Below, piece by piece: positions 57,585-63,933 of a DNA stretch of 64,000 bases. The translations under genes and the position numbers were made by a program. The stretch lies in the sequence record LR756502.1, one strand, 5' to 3'. Each line of letters starts with the position of its first letter. Within the stretch, counting starts at the first letter, position 1. The notes under the pieces were generated by a model. The model did not search any database and was not told where the DNA came from. It saw only the letters and a list, made by a program, of their open reading frames with translations.

Positions 57585-58022
57585 ATGTTAAAAATTGTAA
57601 ATAGAAAAGCATATCACGAATTCGCAGTATTACAAGACTATACTGCTGGTATAGTGTTGGTTGGTACTGAGGTTAAGTCTATACGAAAAGGTGATGCGAC
57701 AATTTCTGATTCATTTATATTTTTAAAAAATGGGGAAGTATTCATTAAGAATATGAAAGTTGCTAAATATAAAGAGAGTCACGTTGCTGAAAAACATGAG
57801 GAATCAAGAGATAAGAAGTTATTACTAAGTAGAAAAGAAATATTACAAATTGAGAAGTTACTACAAGATAAAGGAACAACAATGGTTCCGCTTGAAGTAT
57901 TCTCTTATAGGAATATGATAAAGGTTAAAATCGGCGTTGTTAAGGGCAAGAAGCTCTGGGACAAAAGAGAAACCATTAAGAAAAGGGATGTTGATCGAGA
58001 ACTTCGTAGATCCCAAAGTTAA
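57585..58022 (+). CDS. smpB: SsrA-binding protein SmpB
   Basis: NRKAYHEF...AGIVLVGTEVKSIR...R.KKLLL.RKEI...T.VPL...KGKK.WDKR..IK.R. Confidence 0.95.
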   Translation: MLKIVNRKAYHEFAVLQDYTAGIVLVGTEVKSIRKGDATISDSFIFLKNGEVFIKNMKVAKYKESHVAEKHEESRDKKLLLSRKEILQIEKLLQDKGTTMVPLEVFSYRNMIKVKIGVVKGKKLWDKRETIKKRDVDRELRRSQS

Positions 58023-58037
58023 ACTAAACTAATTATT

Positions 58038-58385
58038 ATGAGTCAAAATCTTGAACTAATTATTGAAAGCCTTGAGAAGTCAACGACCGAAGAGGATATT
58101 ATAGATAATCTTATGAAGATTATTAAGGGGTTTAATATAGATCAATACAAAAATAGGATCTTATCAAATCCATATTTTAAGTCTTTAATCCCAGATGTTA
58201 AAGATATTATATTAAAAGATATTCAGTTCTATCGAGACAGTATAAAGGAAGAGATAGAAGAAATAGATAAAGAATTAGTTAGCTCCGAGGATAAATATAT
58301 TGATAAGTTAAAATCTTTGAGAAGAGACTGTGTTTCATTACTATATGAAATAGACCAGAGAGAAAAGGACATTAAGACCTTATAG
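58038..58385 (+). CDS. hypothetical helical protein
   Basis: 115 aa. Confidence 0.55.
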   Translation: MSQNLELIIESLEKSTTEEDIIDNLMKIIKGFNIDQYKNRILSNPYFKSLIPDVKDIILKDIQFYRDSIKEEIEEIDKELVSSEDKYIDKLKSLRRDCVSLLYEIDQREKDIKTL

Positions 58386-60014
58386 AATAGATTTTATATA
58401 CGTTTCAATAACATCCATTTTTTTATTAGACTCAGTTATTTGTGATTCACTCATTCTAGAAATTGAGTGATAACTATCATTGTCTGTATATCTAAGATTA
58501 TCAATAAATGCAAGAATACTACCACTAAATGTTAAATGTTCATTAGTTAAAATTTCTTTAATAGAAGATATTTTAATACCTATTATTCTAAGATCGTTCA
58601 AAGTTTCTATCTTAGATGAAGAAATCTTATCTGATATATATTGTCCAATAGAAAGAAATCTTTCAACTAACTTCACCTCTTCATTCTTGTTATTTAATTT
58701 TAGCTTATCAATAATTTCAATAATCTTAGTTCTGTATGTTGATGGCTCTTTATCTTGAAAAATATTAGTAATTAGTAAAAGTATTTGATCATATCTCTGT
58801 TTAATAGTTTCCTTCCTTCTAATAGAAAGTGGTTTTTCTGAGCTATTATACTCCTCAATTAACCTACTTAAAATGGTTATAATATCATTTATCTTTCCAG
58901 AAACACCCTTCCACCCAATGTAGTATATTGATAATTCCCCAGTAAGTATTCTACTTAATACCCTTTCTAAGTTTTTTGTATTTATTGCACTAGGTTCATT
59001 TTCATAGTCTAGCCCCAATCCAATACAAATTCTATTCATATATCTATCGATGTTTGCCTTTCTAATCTTATCATCGCCTAATAGAGCATATGCTCCTTCT
59101 TTGGTATCTTTCCTGATTTTAATTAAATCAGATGGTCTTTTAATTTCTGAACTTACCAGTCTGTCATAATATAGTATAATAGCAAAATCTGATTGTTTAA
59201 ATTCCTCTTCATGTATTGAGTTGTATGAATCCTCCCACCATGATTTTGGATTTTTGTTATTACCTGATAGTGGTAGGTTAAATTCCATTGGTTCTGTAGT
59301 GTTTGTAGTATTTTTGTCTGACATCCCTATGCCATCTATATTTAAAATACTTCCGTCATCAATATACTGACATAGATTTGCATTATCACTACTCTTTGCT
59401 CCATCACTGCCTATTGTCCAAGAATGGTTACCATATTGTTTCCAGTCATCACCTGAAGGTGTATTTCCTCTTGAAAGGCTTTGTATAGCGTATAAGCGAC
59501 CTCCTTGTTTGTATGCTGTTGCTATTTGATATGGTCTAGAAGAATCACTATCAAATATACCAACTAGTTTATCTCCTGTTTTAATATCACTAATATCACG
59601 AGTCAACTTCTTAAGTGTTCCTTTAGTAATACCAAGATCTATTAAGTTATTATATGTTATTGATCCTGTATTAGTTGGTCTTCGAATATTTTTTTGTTTT
59701 GATATGTTACCTGTGTATGTGTATCCTTGATATCCCTTATCAATTGAAAACCAAAATTTTAGGCAAAATACACCATCCGCATTCTCAACCGGTGATTCAT
59801 TTCTTACTAAAAGAGCATCTTTCCTACCGAGATATTCAAAATAACTATCATCGATATTACTAATTGGTAAATCATATATATCCTTCACCTTTACTATTGA
59901 TCCAAGAAATCTATCTCTAGCTACTTTACCAACTTGTTTATCCAAAAAATTAATAGTTTTGGATATAGTTTTTGATGTAAATGCCTCAAATAATAATATA
60001 TGTTTGTTTTTCAT
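58380..60014 (-). CDS. putative internal head protein
   Basis: N-terminus MKNKHILLFEAF. Confidence 0.55.
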   Translation of the reverse strand: MKNKHILLFEAFTSKTISKTINFLDKQVGKVARDRFLGSIVKVKDIYDLPISNIDDSYFEYLGRKDALLVRNESPVENADGVFCLKFWFSIDKGYQGYTYTGNISKQKNIRRPTNTGSITYNNLIDLGITKGTLKKLTRDISDIKTGDKLVGIFDSDSSRPYQIATAYKQGGRLYAIQSLSRGNTPSGDDWKQYGNHSWTIGSDGAKSSDNANLCQYIDDGSILNIDGIGMSDKNTTNTTEPMEFNLPLSGNNKNPKSWWEDSYNSIHEEEFKQSDFAIILYYDRLVSSEIKRPSDLIKIRKDTKEGAYALLGDDKIRKANIDRYMNRICIGLGLDYENEPSAINTKNLERVLSRILTGELSIYYIGWKGVSGKINDIITILSRLIEEYNSSEKPLSIRRKETIKQRYDQILLLITNIFQDKEPSTYRTKIIEIIDKLKLNNKNEEVKLVERFLSIGQYISDKISSSKIETLNDLRIIGIKISSIKEILTNEHLTFSGSILAFIDNLRYTDNDSYHSISRMSESQITESNKKMDVIETYIKSIL

Positions 60015-61741
60015 TATAGTACTAATCCTTTTAATATTACGGATATACCGTTGCTCTTTAATTTATCTATATATTCTTTATTATCTTTATTCTTAATAAC
60101 ATCACCTGATATAGTTAATTTTTTAAGATTTAACAACCCTATTATATCTTCTAGTTTTTCTTTAGTGGATATAGTATACAATAACTCAAGATCTTCTAAC
60201 TCAGTAAATATAGATAGCTTTTCTAAACTATCAACATCAACACTACCAAGTGATAAACTTTTTAATCCAGGTGATACTTTATATAAGTCCTCCAGGAAGT
60301 TATTATTTAACTTACATTGGTATAATGATACTGAATTTGTCATTATATTATTAAATAAACTGAAATCATTTATGGATATGTATTTAAACTTTATCCAATC
60401 TGGTTTAAATTTAACATCAAAGAAGTTCTTAGGTATATCTGGTGTCTCTATAATTAGCTCTTTAATATCAACGTCTTTATCAATTATTACATTTGACCAA
60501 TCATAGTTATTACTTAAGTATAGAACTTTGGTATTTTTACCTATTCTAGTGCCTTTAACTATGTCTAAATTATCCATATATGGATCTCCTAAAGTGTCCC
60601 AATCTTTTATCTGAACATCTGGAGCAAATGGGTATTTTCTTATGTAGTCTGTGTCAGCTGGTTCATTTTCACTATACTTCATTATCATCTTCTGTAGAAT
60701 ATCTCTCATCCTCTCTGGATATGTCTTATCAAAGTAAAGTTTGGTCTCACTATTTGATTCACTAAATGGTTCAATAGATCTAATAAGTAATCTACAAAGT
60801 GGAAGAACATCTGATAGTTTCTCAGGATCTCCTCCACTTTCGGTTATATTATAATATGGTGTGTTAAATATCAAGAATGCTGGTATTGTATTTGGGTCAA
60901 ATACATTCGCCAGTAATCCTTTCATATATTGCTCACCATGTCCACCTCCAAAATACAATTCTTGACAAGACTTATAGAACTTAGAAACCGACATATTCAT
61001 TATATTAACCGCATTATGTTCTATTAGAAGATACATTTCATGATCTCCAAATAGGTCAAAGTCGATTATATCAGGATTATCATCTATCATGTTAGTTATA
61101 TTTTGAATATTACTATTTAGGAAAATGGAACCATCTACTTTATTATCAGGGTAAGATGAATTGAATCCAGATATAAACGTATTTATATTAGCAACATTTG
61201 CTGAAAATGATGGATCACCTGGTTCCTTAGATACTTTTATAATGTTATTATCATCATCCCTAACAGGAAGACCAGTTTTCTCATCCTTTAATACTTTTGT
61301 GTCAGCCTTTGTCTCCGCTGAATTTAATTGCTTGAATATTGGATAGTTTAAACATGATATTTGACTTATTTTAAGCTTTTTAATATCAAATCCGTCTTTG
61401 AATCCTTCAGATACCCTCTCCCTTTGGTCTCTACTAAGGTTGGTGTTGTTTTCCATGGATAGACTTTTTGATAGAACCTCAGAAAACTTATCAGGTAGGC
61501 TTGCTAACATTTCCCTTACCCAAGAATAATTAGTTTTGAAAAATCTGTTTATAACAGCATCTTTATCCTCTTCGGTTAATTTCCATCTACCTTGTTTTAT
61601 TCTATCAGTTGGTAATACCTCTTCATAATCCAAATACTTCTCACCCCATACTCTTAGAAGAACCTTCTTTTGTGGTGCTGATAGTACATCTCTTAGCTTT
61701 GCTTCATTAATAAATCTGTTTCTTGGTAATATCCATTTCAT
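60014..61741 (-). CDS. putative internal head protein with a C-terminal LRR-like region
   Basis: N-terminus MKWILPRNRFINE; LKSLSL/LEDLEL/LKKLTI repeats. Confidence 0.6.
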   Translation of the reverse strand: MKWILPRNRFINEAKLRDVLSAPQKKVLLRVWGEKYLDYEEVLPTDRIKQGRWKLTEEDKDAVINRFFKTNYSWVREMLASLPDKFSEVLSKSLSMENNTNLSRDQRERVSEGFKDGFDIKKLKISQISCLNYPIFKQLNSAETKADTKVLKDEKTGLPVRDDDNNIIKVSKEPGDPSFSANVANINTFISGFNSSYPDNKVDGSIFLNSNIQNITNMIDDNPDIIDFDLFGDHEMYLLIEHNAVNIMNMSVSKFYKSCQELYFGGGHGEQYMKGLLANVFDPNTIPAFLIFNTPYYNITESGGDPEKLSDVLPLCRLLIRSIEPFSESNSETKLYFDKTYPERMRDILQKMIMKYSENEPADTDYIRKYPFAPDVQIKDWDTLGDPYMDNLDIVKGTRIGKNTKVLYLSNNYDWSNVIIDKDVDIKELIIETPDIPKNFFDVKFKPDWIKFKYISINDFSLFNNIMTNSVSLYQCKLNNNFLEDLYKVSPGLKSLSLGSVDVDSLEKLSIFTELEDLELLYTISTKEKLEDIIGLLNLKKLTISGDVIKNKDNKEYIDKLKSNGISVILKGLVL

Positions 61742-61748
61742 ACTTTGT

Positions 61749-61757
61749 TATATATTA
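61749..61757 (-). promoter_or_regulatory. TAATATATA element
   Basis: Exact motif 7 nt before the start at 61741. Confidence 0.6.
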
Positions 61758-61884
61758 ATATCTACTATTCAAAAATTCAAAAAATTTTAAATTGATTTTT
61801 AATTTCAAAACTTTTGCTATATCTTTGTATAAGAATAAAGTTAGTTATCTAAACAACAATTGTGGTGAGGATTTCTAATATTAT

Positions 61885-62043
61885 ATGGAGAAAGGCAGAA
61901 TGGTAACACTGCAAAACCAAGGGACAACTAGATTCGATCGAAAGTCTTTTAAGAAGAGGCAATTAGATCACCAAAAGTAATGTCCCTGGTGCAACAGGGA
62001 AGGTTCTAGACTTCTGACCTAGCATTACAGACGTTCCCTCCAT
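61885..62043 (+). ncRNA. candidate structured ncRNA (family unidentified)
   Basis: GC-richer intergenic island; ATGGAG/CTCCAT closing stem, GCAG/CTGC, GTAATGT/GCATTAC and CCCTG-GTGCAA-CAGGG hairpins; downstream of TATCTTTG (61820-61827). Confidence 0.45.
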
Positions 62044-62063
62044 TTTATTTATATTTAAAGAAA

Positions 62064-62456
62064 ATGACACAGAAAGAGAAAATAGAAAAAGACTACATTG
62101 TTGCTTTCAAGGCAAAGAACACTGTAGCAAAAAACCTTTTATCAGTAGTAAAGGGAGAAATTCAAAATACAGAAAAGAATGTTGGACAAACATCACTTTC
62201 AGATGAGGATGTAAATAAAATATTATCAAAGATATCTAAAAGTCTGAAAGAAACTAATGATGAAGAGTCTAAACAGCAATTAATAATTGTGGATGGATAT
62301 CTTCCTACTCAAATGTCTAAAGAGGAAATTACAAAGAAAGTATCCGAAATTGTAAATTCTGGCATCACTAATATTGGTGGCATAATGAAGGAGTTTGCAT
62401 CATTGCCAGCCGACAAGAAGATGGTGTCTGAGGCTATTAAAGAAATTGTAAAATAA
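62064..62456 (+). CDS. yqeY: GatB/YqeY domain protein
   Basis: A.KAK....NLL..VKGEI...; YLPTQMSKEEI; IGGIMK; ADKKMVS. Confidence 0.88.
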   Translation: MTQKEKIEKDYIVAFKAKNTVAKNLLSVVKGEIQNTEKNVGQTSLSDEDVNKILSKISKSLKETNDEESKQQLIIVDGYLPTQMSKEEITKKVSEIVNSGITNIGGIMKEFASLPADKKMVSEAIKEIVK

Positions 62457-62470
62457 AAAAGAAAAATAGA

Positions 62471-62689
62471 ATGGAAAAAAAACCACTTAAGAATTTTGGA
62501 ATGATTACCGAAAAGGATTTCCTTGGTAAGACACTAGAAGAAGCAACTGAAAAAGCAGTTAATGACGGATACTCAACAAGAGTAACGGAGAGAGATGGTG
62601 ATTCATTTATATTAACAATGGATATTAGAGTGGATAGAATGAATTTCAGAATTAATAAAAATATAGTAATCGGTGTTTATGTTGGTTAA
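62471..62689 (+). CDS. I78/potato-inhibitor-like small protein
   Basis: FLGKT.EEA...RV...TMDIRVDRMNF.I...V.G. Confidence 0.6.
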   Translation: MEKKPLKNFGMITEKDFLGKTLEEATEKAVNDGYSTRVTERDGDSFILTMDIRVDRMNFRINKNIVIGVYVG

Positions 62690-62843
62690 TAATAAGATAC
62701 CAAATTTCTGGAAAATATATCAATCATTAATAGATGAGTGGGTAGCTGATAATAGAGAAATCACTTGTAATGAGGACTATGAAGTAGCTATTTTATATAC
62801 ATTGGAAAGAGTATATGAAATGACAAAAAAAGGAGAAATTTAA
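62679..62843 (+). CDS. 54-aa hypothetical protein (not in the ORF track)
   Basis: Hand translation MLVNNKIPNFWKIYQSLIDEWVADNRE...MTKKGEI*. Confidence 0.45.
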   Translation: MLVNNKIPNFWKIYQSLIDEWVADNREITCNEDYEVAILYTLERVYEMTKKGEI

Positions 62844-62913
62844 AATAAATTTGGTGGAATTAAAACTTTACCATATATTTGTACTAATAATAAAAAAAGG
62901 GACTTAAAAAGTT

Positions 62914-62922
62914 TAATATATA
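62914..62922 (+). promoter_or_regulatory. TAATATATA element heading the tRNA unit
   Basis: Exact motif 7 nt before the ATG at 62930. Confidence 0.6.
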
Positions 62923-62929
62923 AGAAATA

Positions 62930-63016
62930 ATGAGAACAATTAACAAACATAAACATTTTAGTAAATTGAATAAGTGGTTTAGTAACCATCGATTCGAAGC
63001 TAAAGCGTTTTGCTAA
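62930..63016 (+). CDS. 28-aa candidate leader peptide of the tRNA cluster
   Basis: Hand translation MRTINKHKHFSKLNKWFSNHRFEAKAFC*. Confidence 0.5.
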   Translation: MRTINKHKHFSKLNKWFSNHRFEAKAFC

Positions 63017-63050
63017 ATTGTTAATAAACATAAAGGCATAAACTTACTTG

Positions 63051-63087
63051 AACTCTCGAATTGAAAAATTCGAGAGTTTTTTATTTT
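63051..63087 (+). terminator. intrinsic terminator/attenuator upstream of the tRNAs
   Basis: 12-bp stem AACTCTCGAATT-GAAA-AATTCGAGAGTT followed by TTTTATTTT. Confidence 0.85.
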
Positions 63088-63096
63088 AAATTATAT

Positions 63097-63168
63097 GGTG
63101 GTTATCGTCCAAAGGAAGGATGTGTCCCTGTGAAGGACAAGATGTGGTATCGAGATCCATTAACCACC
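63097..63168 (+). tRNA. tRNA-His (GTG)
   Basis: G-1, acceptor GTGGTTA/TAACCAC, anticodon arm TGTCC-CTGTGAA-GGACA, C73. Confidence 0.85.
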
Positions 63169-63173
63169 CAAAA

Positions 63174-63246
63174 GGATCCTAAGCTAACTTGGTAGAAGCG
63201 TATGCCTGAAGAGCATGAGGATTTGGTTCGAAACCAAAAGGATCCA
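63174..63246 (+). tRNA. tRNA-Phe (GAA)
   Basis: Acceptor GGATCCT/AGGATCC, TATGC-CTGAAGA-GCATG, T arm TTTGG-TTCGAAA-CCAAA. Confidence 0.9.
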
Positions 63247-63256
63247 CAAAAAATAT

Positions 63257-63333
63257 GGTGATTGTAGCTCAATTGGTAGAGCGCTTGACTGTGAGTCAAG
63301 AGGTAGTGGGATCGAATCCCACCTTTCACCCCA
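63257..63333 (+). tRNA. tRNA-His (GTG), second copy, CCA encoded
   Basis: CTTGA-CTGTGAG-TCAAG; acceptor GTGATTG/CTTTCAC has two T:T mismatches. Confidence 0.85.
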
Positions 63334-63335
63334 AT

Positions 63336-63407
63336 GGAGGATTAGCTGAGATGGTTTAGCGTCTGGTTGAAGACCAGAAGACCTCGGTTCGATTCCGGGA
63401 TTCTCCA
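63336..63407 (+). tRNA. tRNA-Phe (GAA), second copy
   Basis: GGAGGAT/ATTCTCC, TCTGG-TTGAAGA-CCAGA, TTCGATT T loop. Confidence 0.9.
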
Positions 63408-63416
63408 CAAAAATAT

Positions 63417-63495
63417 ACACTCGCTCATTGGCGTGACCAGTCGGTTCCCCGATAAAGCGTAAGCGTGGTTAAGAGTTCGAATCTCTTCGGGTGTT
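63417..63495 (+). tRNA. aberrant tRNA-like element (anticodon undetermined)
   Basis: Acceptor ACACTCG/CGGGTGT and T arm AAGAG-TTCGAAT-CTCTT are intact; anticodon arm GTCGG-TTCC-CCGAT has a 4-nt loop; long variable region. Confidence 0.55.
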
Positions 63496-63500
63496 CAAAT

Positions 63501-63571
63501 ACGTGATACTGGCAAGGTGTCGGTCAGGTCTCCAAAACCTCGATGGGTGGGTTCAATTCCTACATCACGTG
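63501..63571 (+). tRNA. tRNA-Trp (CCA)
   Basis: ACGTGAT/ATCACGT, AGGT-CTCCAAA-ACCT, GTGGG-TTCAATT-CCTAC. Confidence 0.85.
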
Positions 63572-63589
63572 CTAAAAGAAAGAAAAGAA

Positions 63590-63619
63590 ATGAAAACAAA
63601 ACGAAAATATAAAAGATAA
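63590..63619 (+). other. 9-codon Lys-rich micro-ORF (MKTKRKYKR*) followed by a hairpin
   Basis: AAA at every second codon; hairpin 63620-63645; directly before three tRNA-Lys genes. Confidence 0.35.
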
Positions 63620-63660
63620 CTGCTCACTGGATTTTCCATGGGCAGTATAATATAACACAA

Positions 63661-63746
63661 GTGTCCGTGAGTGAATGGTTGAAACTACCAGTCTTTTAAA
63701 CTGGCTACCGAAAGGTACAATGTGGGTTCGAATCCCACCGGGCACA
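63661..63746 (+). tRNA. tRNA-Lys (TTT) with a long variable arm and type-II-like body
   Basis: GTGTCCG/CGGGCAC, CCAGT-CTTTTAA-ACTGG, V arm TACC-GAAA-GGTA, A73. Confidence 0.85.
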
Positions 63747-63758
63747 CAAACATACAAT

Positions 63759-63847
63759 GTTTCTGTCGCTCAGCGGTCGAGAGCATCGGTCTTTTAAACC
63801 GAAGGATTTATATCCCATCGTGAGTTCAAATCTCACCAGGAACACCA
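63759..63847 (+). tRNA. tRNA-Lys (TTT) with a long variable arm, CCA encoded
   Basis: GTTTCTG/CAGGAAC, TCGGT-CTTTTAA-ACCGA, V arm GGAT-TTAT-ATCC. Confidence 0.88.
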
Positions 63848-63848
63848 A

Positions 63849-63929
63849 GGATCTGTCGCTTAGCGGCTATAGCAACTGGCTCTTAACCAGTCGAGAAATC
63901 AACCGTGGGTTCGAGTCCCACCAGATCCA
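63849..63929 (+). tRNA. tRNA-Lys (CTT) with an extended variable region
   Basis: GGATCTG/CAGATCC, ACTGG-CTCTTAA-CCAGT, 13-nt variable region CGAGAAATCAACC. Confidence 0.88.
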
Positions 63930-63933
63930 CAAA

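Noticed and set aside
61885-62043. Assignment of the structured element to RNase P RNA, cobalamin or c-di-GMP riboswitch
   Set aside because: Only isolated look-alike words (GGAGAAAG, GGTGCAA, GCAAAAC); the required conserved cores and order are missing
456-63757. Many short track ORFs antisense to or overlapping long genes (e.g. 456-695, 1260-1487, 9139-9690, 35256-35651, 60000-60506, 63102-63757)
   Set aside because: Shadow frames of real CDSs or tRNAs, with atypical composition and no motifs
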